Assembly: GCF_963921235.1 (NCBI RefSeq)
Contig: NC_086108.1
Location: 10,416,001-10,480,000 of the forward strand
Length of the DNA: 64,000 nt
Direction: 5' to 3'
DNA from: Mobula hypostoma
Taxonomy: Eukaryota
Within the stretch, counting starts at the first letter, position 1. Each line of letters begins with the position of its first letter. The notes beneath the pieces are model-generated. The model saw only the letters and a program-made list of their open reading frames with translations, did no database searches and had not been told where the DNA came from. Below are positions 46,701 through 58,770 of this stretch, piece after piece. A program made the translations under genes and the position numbers.

Positions 46701-47453
46701 TCTGTGTCCATGCCTTCGCTAGGTAGGTTCGGCTGTTTGCCACTACCTTGTGTTGGGAACTGTCTCTTTGTGCCTTTGCCTCCGCTGGGTAGATCTGGCC
46801 GGTTGCTGTTACCTTGAGTGGAGATCTGTCTCAGTGTTCTGTATATGAGTCCTGGCCCTATGTCCTGCTCCCTAGGAGGGGTCCTGACTCTGTGTAGAGC
46901 CCCCGCCCCAAGTCCTGTTCCCAAGGAGGGGTCCTGGCTCTGTGTTCCATGTCCCTGTGTTCCTGTCTCTCCCAACACCAAGGCTCTGTGTTCTGCGTTC
47001 CTGTTGTCCTCGTTTAAGGCTCCGAGCATCCAGTCCTTGTCCAAGGCTCTGAAGTTCCTGTCTCCCAAGACCAGGTCATGTCTTTGTGTAGTTCCAGAGT
47101 CCGAGCCCAAGTCAAGACCCAGGTTCTGGGTCCTTGTTCAATCCCTGGCTCGGAGTCCGAACCCAAGCCTTGTCATGTCCTTGCCTCGAGGAACCCAAGC
47201 CTCGTCTTGTCCTCGCCTAGTTCCGGGGTCCGAGCCCGAGTCGAGACCCAGGTTCTGGGTCCTTGTCCAGTCTCTGGCTCAGAGTCCAAGCCCAGGCTCC
47301 TAGTTCCCAGTTCCTAGTCCTGGTCCCGCTTGCCTAGTGAATGCATTAGCCCAAGTCTGTGATCTTGTCCCCGCTCTCTAATCAAGTCCTGTTCCTAGTA
47401 CTTCAGTGTCTGTGTCGTGCATTTGGTCCACTCCCAGCCCCCGCCTTATGACA
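43708..47453 (+). mobile_element. Solo LTR related to 10981-11996 (~1.28 kb after removing the nested CR1)
   Basis: TGTCAT...ATGACA termini; exact TSD TCCCC (43703-43707 and 47454-47458); ~60-bp internal tandem repeats. Confidence 0.87.
44118..46582 (+). mobile_element. 5'-truncated CR1 nested in the solo LTR
   Basis: APE end (MGDFN, GGSDHNMI); RT 44720..45874 (KSPGPDG, NYRPVSLT, LDFQKAFDKV, GVPQGSVLGP); (TCTATTG)2 tail; TGCCT duplication. Confidence 0.93.
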
Positions 47454-48360
47454 TCCCCTTGTCCTACCACCCCACCAGCCTGCGGGTCCAATATAGAATT
47501 CTCTGTAACTTTCACCACTTCCAATGGGACCCCACCACTAAACACATCTTTCCCTCCCCCCCCCCACGCTTTCCACAGGGATCGCTCCCTATGTGACTTC
47601 CTTGTCCATTTGTTCCCCCCATCCCTCTCCACCAATCTCCCTCCCGGCATTTATCCTTGTAAGCGGAACAAGTGCTACACATGCCCTTACACTTCCTCCC
47701 TCACCACCATTCAGGGCCCCAGACAGTCCCTCCAGGTGAGGCGACATTTCACCTGTGAGTCGGCTGGGGTGATATACTGCGTCCGGTGCTCCTGATGTGG
47801 CCTTCTATATATTGGCGAGACCCGACACAGGCTGGGAGACTGTTTTGCTGAGCACCTACGCTCTATCCGCCAGAGAAAGCAGGATCTCCCAGGGGCCACA
47901 CATTTTAATTCCACGTCCCATTCCCATTCTGATATGTCTATCCACGGCCTCCTCTACTGTCAAGATGAAGCCACACTCAGGTTGGAGGAACAACACCTTA
48001 TGTTCCATCTGGGTAGCCTCCAACCTGATGGCATGAACATTGACTTCTCTAACTTCTGTTAATGCCCCACCTCCCCTTGGTACCCCATCCCTTATTTATT
48101 TTTTTTTTCTTTTCCCCTTTTTCTCTCTCTCCTCTTCTCCCTTTGTCCCTCTCACTATAACTCCTTACCCATCCTCTGGGTTCACCCCCCTCCCCCTTGT
48201 CTTTCTTCCCGGACCTCTTGTCCCATGATCCTCTCATATCCCTTTTGCCTATCACCTGTCCAGCTCTTGGCTCCATCCCTTCCCCTCCTGTCTTCTCCTA
48301 TCATTTTGGATCTCCCCTCCCCCTCCAACTTTCAAATCTCTTACTAACTCTTCTTTCAGT

Positions 48361-48398
48361 TAGTCCTGACGAAGGGTCTTGGCCCGAAATGTAGACTG
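48361..48398 (+). ncRNA. Minimal type I hammerhead ribozyme-like motif at the Penelope 3' end
   Basis: Stem I agtc/gact; core CTGACGA (48366-72); stem II ggg..ccc; GAAA (48386-89); GTA triplet (48391-93). Confidence 0.6.
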
Positions 48399-48667
48399 CA
48401 CGTCTTCCTATAGACGCTGCCTGGCCTGCTGCGTCCACCAGCATTTTTTGTGTGTGCTGCTTGAATTTCCAGCATCTGCAGAGTTCCTTGTGTTTAGGTT
48501 GTTCTCCACATTGTACTGCCCAGGCTTGTGTATCTAGACAACTGGGACACAACACCCAGGTCGACCCTGACTGACGGGGCCTCGCATTGTGTATTGCTTC
48601 GTACTGCTACCGCAAAGTCGACAAATTTCATGGCATATGCCGATGATATTAAATCTGAACCTGATTC

Positions 48668-49285
48668 CTTCCTTTAGCCTGCAGGTCACCCTTGGGCAAG
48701 GTGTAGCTTAGCGCCCCCCCCCCCCCGGAATCAGGGTCACGTGAAGCCATGGGAGCAGGTGGTGGATGGTCGTATGAGCAGCCGGTGCAGATCACAAGTC
48801 CTGGTTATGTGACCACTGTCACCAGGCAGACAACCTGTGAAGAGTGTTCATAATGGCTGGAGTCACCTATCTGCCCAGAAGAAGGCAATGGCAAACCAAT
48901 TCTGTAGAGATATTTGCCAAGAAGAATAATAGTCATGGATGGACCGTGATCACCCATGTCATATAACACGGCACATAACGAAGGATTGATAATGGCTGGG
49001 GTCATCTGTCTTGTAAAGACACTGTCCAGAAGAAAGCAATGGTAAACCAGTTCTGTAGAAAAATTTGCCACAGACAATCATGGTTATGGAAAGGCCATGA
49101 TTGCCCATGTCATACGACAGGGCACGTAATGAATGATTGATAATGGCTGGGGTCATGTCTTGTAAAAAGACACCATCCATAAGAGAGCAATGGCAAAACC
49201 AATTCTGTAGAAAAGTTTGCCAAGAACAGTCATGGTCAAAAACCAAGATTTCCCACATCATATAAGACGGCACATAATGATAATG
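48668..49285 (+). mobile_element. RTE-related SINE-like element with triplicated ~150-bp 3' module
   Basis: ataatggctgg.gtca..gcaatgg.aaacca.ttctgtaga..tttgcca three times; single-module homolog at 12270-12650. Confidence 0.65.
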
Positions 49286-49309
49286 AAGATTTATTCCATG
49301 ATTTGTTGT

Positions 49310-49575
49310 AATTGGAGGCATGGTATTGTAGCGGTCAGCACAATACTTTACAGTGCAGGGACAGGGGTTCAATTCTCGCTGCTGCGTTCTCCCCGTGACT
49401 GTGTGGGTCTTCACCAGGTGCTCTGATTTCCTCCCATAGTCCAAAGACGTAGCAGTTGGTAGGTTAATTGGTCAATGTTAATTGTCCCAGGATTAAGCGA
49501 GGATTAAATCGGGATTGCTGGGCATTGCAGCTCAAACAGGACTGGGTGAGCCTGCTCCATGCTATATGTTAATAA
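49310..49575 (+). mobile_element. V-SINE (HE1-like)
   Basis: tRNA-like head (gtagcggtcagc..ggggttcaattc) plus ctccccgtgactgtgtggg..ttcctcccatagtccaaagacgt. Confidence 0.7.
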
Positions 49576-50474
49576 TAAAATTATTTTATGTCTTGAGCCA
49601 TACTGCTGTTGCAAAACAATAAATTTCATGATCTAGGCAGTGAGTCCGTGATAATAAACCTGATTCCAATTCTGATAACTACCCTGATCTTTCTCTGTCA
49701 CAGTAACACTGAATTCTGCATTCGGTTATCGGCTTTGCCTTTGTGCTACCTTGATGTACTGGAATGTGGGGTGATCTGTCTGGATGTCACGTGCCGAAAA
49801 GCTTTTTGCTGTGTCGCGGTACGTATGATAATAATAAACCAATTAGTAACTACCAATTCTGTAATGTTTCAATGAGACTGTCTGTCATTATTTTTAAAGC
49901 TCAAGTGATAACACAAATCTTTAAAAGTGCATAGATCTGTGCTTCACACAGCATTTCACAGTCGTTACTGAAATTATTTATTCATATATTACTCTATGCA
50001 GCATCCCACCAACTCGGGTACTAGCCGGATGAAACCTTACTGAACTTTCTGTGTGGAGGTTGTATCTTTCATCAGGCAAGGATGCACCCAGTACCCTTGG
50101 GGTACTCCACTACCTGTCCAAGAACCTTTTCAATGAGGTGAAGGGCTCTGTATTCACATCTTTTCCAGGCAGTGGGTCCATACACTCTTCAACTTCTTGA
50201 GATAAATCCTTGCTGTTTATCCTCTCCAGGACTCTCAAGATATACACAGCTCATAGCAGCTATTGCAAAGCCATTACGGCTCAGGTTGTTTGAGTTCGCA
50301 GCTCAATTCCCACATCATTGTAAGGTTTGTACGTTCATCCCACAGTCCAAGCGTGTACCAGTTAGTTGGTTAATTACTCATTGTAAATTCTCCTGTGATC
50401 AGGAGAGGGTTGAATAGGTGGGTTACTGGGCAGCACGACTTGTCGAACCGGAAGGGCCTATTCCACTCTGTTTC

Positions 50475-50955
50475 AGAATCAGAAACGGGTTTAATATCAC
50501 TAGCATATGTTGTGAAATTTGTTGTCCTTGTAACAGCTGTAAAATGCAATACATAATGATAGAAAAAACATGAATTACAGTAATACATATATTACACAGC
50601 TAAGTTAAATAAGTGGTGCAAAAATCGAAATAAAAAAGTAGTGAGGTAGTGTTCATGGGTTCAATGTCCAATCGGATGGCAGAAGAAAAGAAGCTGTTCC
50701 TGAATTGCTGAGGGGGTGCCTTCTGGCTTCTTCCTGATGGTATCAAATAGAGAGGGCATGTTCTGGGTGACGGGGGTCCCTAATGGTGACGCTGCCTTTT
50801 TGAGGCATCGCTCCTTGAAGATGTCCTGGATACTATGGCAGCTGGTGCCCATGATGGAGATGATTATGTTTACAACTCTGCACAGCTTAGTTTGACCCTC
50901 TCCCCCAACCCCACCACACTCCCACCAACCTTACCAGATGGTGATTCAGCCAGTA
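50475..50955 (-). mobile_element. Rex1/Babar 3' fragment
   Basis: MGTSCHSIQDIFKERCLKKAAS and the shared tail. Confidence 0.72.
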
Positions 50956-51439
50956 GAATTAAATAAAATTTGAATTTAAAACAAGTAAGTATGAAATCTC
51001 CAGAAAACACGACTGTAGATGCTGGAGGTCTTTAATAAAGTTAGGAATGTGGGTTGCACCCACAGGTCAGATAGTGAGTGTGCAGAGCAAAGCAGAGTTG
51101 AGAATTTCAATCAATAAGCAGAGTGATTGTTTAAATTACCTCTTGCTGCTTCAACACTGGAGACAACACTGACTTTGGTTCTGCGAGTTTTTAGAACATG
51201 GAACAACACACTACGGGCTCTTCAACCCACAGTGTTGTGCCAACTTTCCCCAGTGTTGTAATGCTCCAGGCTTGACGTAATCCTAGGTAAAATCTTTCTA
51301 TACCCTCTCTTTCCTTGTAGAGTCAGAGCAGACACAGGCCATCACACACATGCTCACCATCAAATCCCTATGGTATAGTGATCAGAACTGTACTGAGTAG
51401 CCGCAGTGTGGACTCTCTAGTTGTATGTGCCTTTCTACT

Positions 51440-52095
51440 TTAAGATAAGTGGCAGATGAAATCTAGGGTAGGGAAGGGTATGATCATGCACTTTTGTAAA
51501 AGGAATAAAGTTGTGTACACTACTTCTATATGAGCAAAATCAGAAATTGGAGGTGCAAGGGGACTTGGGAGTCCTTGTGCAGGTTGAGTCGGTGGTGAGG
51601 AAGGCAAACGCAATATTAGCATTCATTTTAAGAGAACTGGAATATAAAAACAAGGATGTAATTTTGAGGCTGTATAAGAAGTTTAGATATTCTGTGAGTA
51701 GTTTTAGGGCCCCTATCTAAGAAAGGATGTGCAAGCTCACAAAACAGATCCTGGGAATGAAAAGGTTAATGTATGAGGAGCATGTTAGCATATGAGGAGC
51801 ATTTGATGGCTTTGGGCCTGTCCTTGCTGGAGTTCAGAAGAATGAGGGGGGATCTCATTGAGACCTATCGAATATTGAAAGGCCTCAATAGGGTAGATAT
51901 GGAGAGGATGTTTCCTATGGTGGAGGGAGTCTACGACCAGAGGGTACAGCCTCAGAATAGAGGGATGTCCATTTGGAACGGAGATGAAGAGGAATTTCTT
52001 CAGGCAGAGGATGATGAATCTGCAGAGTTCATTCCCATAGGCAGCTGTGGAGACCAAGTCACGGGGTATATTTAAAGCAGATGTTGATAAGGTAC
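51440..52095 (+). mobile_element. Degenerate CR1 3' fragment
   Basis: DLGVLVQ..VRKANAILAFI; EFRRMRGDLIETYRILKG. Confidence 0.82.
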
Positions 52096-53144
52096 CCACA
52101 AGCATCACCCGCAGTCAAGTGCCAACATAGCATGCCTACAATGCTTGGCAGAACAACACAAAACACAACAGAACAAAATACAACAACAGCAAAACAAGCC
52201 CCTTTCCTGATAATAAATCCGGCACGATGGAATGCCGAAGGGCCAAAATTCTGCTCCTATGTCTTATCGCTTTATGAGACTCCTGCCCTTAAACAATTAT
52301 ACTTATTGCCTTGACACAAGAGCTTTTGGAGCAGCATGCACAAGACACTGGAGGAATTGAGCAGATCAAGCAGCATCAATGAAGTGAAACGATTTGGGCT
52401 GGAAAGGAAGGAGGAAGAACAAAAGGGGAGGGGGAGGGGAGGGGGAGGGGGTTGGGGAGAAGCAGGACTAGAAGGTGATAGATGAGACCAGGTAAAAGGG
52501 GGAAGGCAGGAGGATGCAAGGGGATGGGAAAAGACAAAAGGAGTAATGTGAGATGATAGGTGGGGAGGGTAAATGGCTGAAGGAGTGGACAGCCAAAGAC
52601 CTTTTCCAAGGGCCTAAATGGCTAGTACAAGTGGGCATATTTTTAAGGTGACTGGAGCAAAGTGTAGTTGGGTGATGTCAGAGGTAAGTTCATTACACAG
52701 AGTGATGGGTGGGGGAACACATTGCCAGGTGTGATGGTAAAGGCAGATACATTAAGGACATTTAAGAGACTCTAAAATAGGCACATGGATGATAGAGCTA
52801 TGGAGGTCTACGTGGGAGGGAAGGGATAGACTGCAATTACTTTGGCCCAGGACACAGTCCTGAGGGACTCCTGCAGTGATGTCCTCAGCTATAGGCTCCA
52901 ATGGACACAACCTCTTGTCCTGATTGGGGTTCAACTTCTCACATCATCTCTCTAGTAATGAGAATAGGACTACCTGTGCCATGGTGTACCTAATAAAGTG
53001 GCCACTGAGTGTAATTTCACACTGAACAACTATTTGCCTAGCTGCTGGGAGGCACAAACCATATGGTGCTCCAAAGGCTGTGGGTGTATTATTTCAGAGC
53101 TATTCTCACTCCAAGTTCAACTATAAGATCAAATGTTTACAGCA

Positions 53145-53880
53145 TCTGGGTCGCAGAAAGTTGTAAACTCAGCCAGTTCCACCATGGGCACTCCCAGCAT
53201 CGAGGAGACTTTCAAAAGTTGATACCTCGAAGAGGCAGGATCCATCATTAAGGACCCGGTCATCCAGGGCTTGGCCTGTTCTCATTGTCAGGGAGGAGGT
53301 ATAGGAGCCTGAAGGCACACATTCAATTATTCAGGAATAGCTTTTTTCCCTCCGCCATCTGATTTCTGAATGGATATTGAACCCATAATCACTTCCTAGA
53401 AACACAGAAACATAGAAGACCTACAGCACAATACAACCCCTTCGGTCCACAATGCTGTGCTGAACATGTACGTACTTTAAAAATTACCTAGGGTTACCCA
53501 TAGCTCTCTATTTTTCTAAGCTCCATGTACCTATCCAGGAGTCTCTTAGAAGATCCTAACATATCTGCCTCCACCACCGTCTCCGGCAGCCCATTCCACG
53601 CACTCACCACTCTCTGTGTAAATAAAAAAAGAACTTACCACTGACATCTCCTCTGTACCTACTTCGAAGCACCTTAAAACTGTGCCCTCTAAAACTACCT
53701 CATTACTATCTTTTTTCGTATTTCCCTACTTACTTAATTAACTTTTTAAATATATATATATCTTATTGTAATTTACAGTTTTTATTATTATACAATGCAT
53801 TGTACTGATGCCACAAAGACAACAAATTTCATGAAATATGCTAATGATATTAAACCTGATTCTGATTCTGACTCTGACAC
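53145..53880 (+). mobile_element. Rex1 3' fragment interrupted by a minus-strand CR1 tail (~53398-53690)
   Basis: Rex1-type tail ending in (CTGATT)n; CR1 tail tagaaaacacagaaacatagaag. Confidence 0.65.
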
Positions 53881-54411
53881 GTGGAAGGGTGAAATCAATG
53901 AATGTCGTGGCTCGAGTTAAACAACTTATCAGGAGAAGGAGCAGTGTCTTTTGGATCCTGTAGTCCTTGACTTTACTGAGGGAGCTCCTTGGGATCAAGT
54001 CCTGGGCCAAAATCATCTCAGCTGCTTCATTAGTGACAGTTCTTTCATCAGAGGGTCAGTAGTGGGGGTGTTGACCGAGATTGCACAATGTCCACATCCA
54101 CCAACAGCACTTCAGCAACTGAAGCAGACCATGTGTTGATAGACAAGATGCAGCTCCCATGATATCCAAGTGCCAAGCAATCATCATTTCCAACATGAAA
54201 GTATCTAACCACATGTCTTTGATATTTAATGGCCTTACCATTGTCAAATGCCCCCCATCACCAATATCCAATAACATTAACAGCTGGTCACAAAAGCAGA
54301 CCTGAGCTATATACGCAAAATGCTGGAGGAACTCAGCATGTTGAAAGTGAGAGGAAGGAGGTTTAAAGGGGATCTTTAAGATATATATCTGATTCCAACA
54401 CTGTCACTTAT

Positions 54412-57400
54412 ATAACCATATAACCATGTAACAATTACTACACGGAAACAGGCCATCTCAGCCCTTCTAGTCCGTGCCGAACTCTTACTCTCACCTAGTC
54501 CCACCGACCTGCACTCAGCCCATAACCCTCCATTCCTTTCCTGTCCATATATCTATCCAATTTAACTTCAAACGACATCGAACCTGCCTCAACCACTTCT
54601 GCTGGAAGCTCGTTCCACACAGCTACCACTCTCTGAATAAAGAAGTTCCCCCTCATGTTACCCCTAAACTTTTGCCCTTTAACTCTCAACTCATGTCCTC
54701 TTGTTTGAATCTCCCCCATTCTCAATGGAAAAAGCCTATCCACATCAACTCTATCAATCCCCCTCATAATTTTAAACACCTCTATCAAGTCCCCCCTCAA
54801 CCTTCTATGCTCCAAAGAATAAAGACCTAACTTGTTCAACTTGCCTCTGTAACTTAGGAGATGAAACCCAGGCAACATTTTAGTAAACCTCCTCTGTACT
54901 CTCTCAATTTTATTGACATCTTTCCTATAATTTGGTGACCAGAACTGTACACAAATCTCCAAATTTGTCCTTACCAATGCCTTATACAATTTCAACATTA
55001 CATCCCAACTCCTATACTCAATGCTCTGATTAATAAAGGCCAGCATACCAAAAGCTTTCTTCACCACCCTATCCACATGAGATTCCACCTTCAGGGAACT
55101 ATGCACCTTTATTCCTAGATCCCTCTGTTCTATAGCATTCTTCAATGCCCTACCATTTACCATGTATGTCCTATTTTGATTAGTCCCACCAAAATGTAGC
55201 ACCTCACATTTTTCAGCATTAAACTCCATCTGCCATCTTTCAGCCCACTCTTCTAACCGGCCTAAATCTCTCTGCAAGCTTTGAAAACCTATTTCATTAT
55301 CCCCAACTCCACCTATCTTAGTATCATCTGCATACTTACTAATCAAATTTACCACCCCATCATCCAGATCATTAATATATATGACAAACAACACTGGGCC
55401 CAGTACAGATCCCTGAGGCACACCGCTACACACCGTCCTCCAATCTGACACCGCTACTCTCTGGCGTCTTCCATCCAGCCACTGCTGAATCCATTTTACT
55501 ACTTCGATTTTAATGCCTAACAATTGAACCTTCCTAACTAACCTTCCGTGTGGAACTTTGTCAAAGGCCTTACTGATGTCCATATAGACAACATCCACTG
55601 CTTTATCCTTGTCAACTTTCCTAGTAACCTCATCAAAAAATTCAATAAGATTTGTCAAACATGACCTTCCATGCACAAATCCTTGTTGACTGTTTCTAAT
55701 CAGACCCTGTCTATCCAGATAATTATATTTACCATCTCTAAGAATACTTTCCATCAATTTACCCACCACTGACGTCAAACTCACAGGCTGATAATAGCTA
55801 GGTTTACTCTTAGAACCCTTTTTAAACAATGGAACAACATGAGCAATACGCCAATCCTCCAGCACCATCCCCGTTTCTAATGACATTTGAAATATTTCTG
55901 TCAGAGTCCCCGCTATTTCCACACTAAATTCCCTCAAGGTCCTAGGGAATATCTTGTCCGGACCCGGAGACTTAACCACTTTTATATTCCTTAAAAGCGC
56001 CAGTACTTCCTCTTCTTTAATCGTCATACCTTCCATAACTACCCTTCTTGTTTCCTTTACTTTACACAATTCAATATCCTCCTCCTTAGTGAATAGCGAA
56101 GAAAATAAATTGTTCAAAATCTCCCTCATCTCTTTTGGCTCTGCTCTATGTAGCCGTCCACTCTGATTTTCTAAGGGACCAATTTTATCCCTCACTGTCC
56201 TTTTGCTATTAACATAACTGTAGAAACCCTTTGGATTTATTTTCACCTTACTTGCCAAAGCAGCCTCGTATCTTCTTTTAGCTTTCCTAATTTCTTTCTT
56301 AAGATTCTTTTTACATTCTTTATATTCCTCGAGCACCTCATTAACTCCAAGCTGCCTATATTTATTGAAGATCCCTCTCTTTTTCCGAACCAAGTTTCCA
56401 ATATCCCTTGAAAACTATGGCTCTCTCAAACTTTTAACCTTTCCTTTCAACCTAACAGGAACATAAAGATCCTGCACCCTCAAAATTTCTTCTTTAAATA
56501 ACCTCCATTTCTCTATTACATCCTTCCCATAAAATAAATTGTCCCAATCCACTCCTTCTAAATCCTTTTGCATCTCCTTAAAGTGAGCCTTTCTCCAATC
56601 AAAAATCTCAACCCTAGGTCCAGTCCTATCCTTCTCCATAATTATATTGAATCTAATGGCATTGTGATCACTGGACCCAAAGTGCTCCCCAACACATACC
56701 TCCGTCACCTGCCCTATCTCATTCCCTAACAGGAGATCCAACACTGCCCCTTCTCTAGTTGGTACCTCTATGTATTGCTGCAAAAAACTATCCTGCACAC
56801 ATTTGACAAACTCCAAACCATCCAGCCCTTTTACAGAATGGGCTTCCCAGTCTATGTGTGGAAAATTAAAATCTCCCACAATCACAACCTTGCGCTTACT
56901 ACAAATATCTGCTATCTCCTTACAAATTTGCTCCTCCAGTTCTCAGTCCCCATTAGATGGTCTATAATACACCCCTATAAGCGTCACAACACCTTTCCTA
57001 TTCCTTAATTCCACCTAAATTGCCTCCCTAGACGAGTCCATTAATCTATCCTGCCAGAGCACTGCTGTTATATTTTCTCTGACAAGCAATGCAACACCTC
57101 CCCCTCTTGCCTCTCCTATTCTATCACACCTGAAACAATGAAATCCAGGAATATTCAGTTGCCAATCACACCCCGCCTGCAACCACATTTCACTAATAGC
57201 TACAACATCATATTTCCAGGTATCAATCCATGCTCTAAGCTCACCCACCTTTCTTACTATGCTCCTAGCACTAAAATAGATGCATTCAAGAAACTCTCCA
57301 CCTCTTACTCTCTGTTTATCCTTCATGGAGCAAACAATTTTGTTATCTTTTTCTTCCTTGTCCCCTTCAACTTTGGTTTGAATGGTCCTGCTCTCTGTCC

Positions 57401-57495
57401 CCTGACTATCCTCCCTCACACACTGTCTACCTGCTTTCTCTATTTGTGAACTAACCTCCTCTCTCCTAGTCTGTTTAATTTGATTCCCACCCCCA
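54412..57495 (-). mobile_element. Relatively young CR1 with essentially complete ORF2 (APE plus RT) in one frame, three in-frame stops
   Basis: ORFs 57015..57419, 56415..56885 and 54495..56393 are co-framed; SKYADDTKIGG; (TATGGTTA)n tail. Confidence 0.93.
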
Positions 57496-57599
57496 CTTGT
57501 AGCATATTCCAGATAACAACCTCTCTATGTAAAACAAATGTGCCCTAAAGATCCCTTTTAACACTTTTTATAGACTCTGTATTTTTAATTTATTTAAAT

Positions 57600-57860
57600 A
57601 TACAGTATAGAACTGATTCCTCTGGCCCATCAAACCCCTGACAAGCTCGATTTAACCCTAACCTAATCATAGGACAACTTAGGAAGACCATTTAACCTAC
57701 CCAGTATATTTTTTTGACCGTGGGAGGAAACCTGAGGACCCGGAGAAAACCTACGCAGTCCTGGGGGCGGGAGGGTGCTCGGAGACTCCTCACAGAATGG
57801 CGCTGGAACTTAACTCGAAACTTCGATGCCTCGAGATGTAATCGTATCGCGCTAAACCCC
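57600..57860 (-). mobile_element. V-SINE-like element
   Basis: Reverse complement gactgcgtaggttttctccgggtcctcaggtttcctcccacggtcaaaa. Confidence 0.6.
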
Positions 57861-57877
57861 TATAGCAGCATGCATAA

Positions 57878-58410
57878 TCAGATTCAGGTTTAATATCACT
57901 GGCATATGCCATGAAGTTTGCTGTTTTGAAAATATTAAAAAACTAAAAATTACAGTAAGTATATCTATAGCTTACCACTGCAATAGTGTATATAGTCAGA
58001 TAATGACAGAGGGGAAGAAATTGTTCCTGAAAAGTTGAGTGTGTCTTCAAGCTCCTGTACTTTCTCCTTGAGAAAAGGGCATGCCCTGGGTGCTGGAGGT
58101 CTTTAATGATGGATGCCAACTTTTTAAGGCATCACTTTAGAAGGTGACCTCAATGCTGGGGTGACTAGTGCCCCTGATGGCGCTGACTGAGTTTACAATG
58201 TTCTGCAGCCTTTTTCTCATCCTGTGCAGTGCCCCAAATGGTGGGTGAAGCAATCAGTAAGCTTGCTCTCCACACTACATCTGTAGAGATTTGCAACGTC
58301 TTTGGTGATATACTAAGTCTCCTCATATGCCTAATGAAATATAGCTGCTGTCATGCCTTCTTTGTAGTTGTAATTATATGTTGGGCCCAGGATAGGTATT
58401 CAGAGGTGTT
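57878..58410 (-). mobile_element. Rex1/Babar 3' fragment
   Basis: Colinear with 22705-23350. Confidence 0.7.
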
Positions 58411-58770
58411 GACAGAGCCTAGGATTTCAGAGCCCTAGCGTGTACACCATCAGGGCCTGATGCCTTGTGAGGGTTCAACCTCTTGAAAGATATTCTGACG
58501 TTAGTTTTCGAGACAGAGATCATGGGGCCACCAGACTCTGCAGGGATTCACCCAGGTGTCATTTAGTGGACGTTTAGACAGGCACTGGAATAGGCAAGGC
58601 ATGTAAGGATATGGGCCAGATGCAGTGCAAATGGGGTGAGTATAGATGACCATGACTATAAGGTTTTGGAGCAGAATTAGGCCATTCGACTCACAGGACT
58701 TCACTCTGCCATTTCATCATGACTGATTATTATCCCTCTCAACACTACTCTCCTGCCTTCTCCCACTAAC

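Larger units (their letters stand above)
43282..48495 (+). mobile_element. 5'-truncated Penelope-like element (RT thumb plus GIY-YIG), split by a solo LTR
   Basis: HPALKFT..LPFLDL..IYYKPTDSHSYLDYSSSHP..SQFLRLRRIC; FTCESAGVIYCVRC..LLYIGET..EHL; 12-bp flanking duplication AGGTTGTTCTCC (43270-43281 and 48496-48507). Confidence 0.9.
42986..48587 (+). mobile_element. Short RTE-like non-autonomous element split by Penelope (pieces 42986-43281 and 48496-48587)
   Basis: 5' ctaggtgaaggaaaactctga resembles RTE 5' UTRs; the rejoined 3' half is homologous to the body of the SINE at 26389-26701. Confidence 0.55.
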
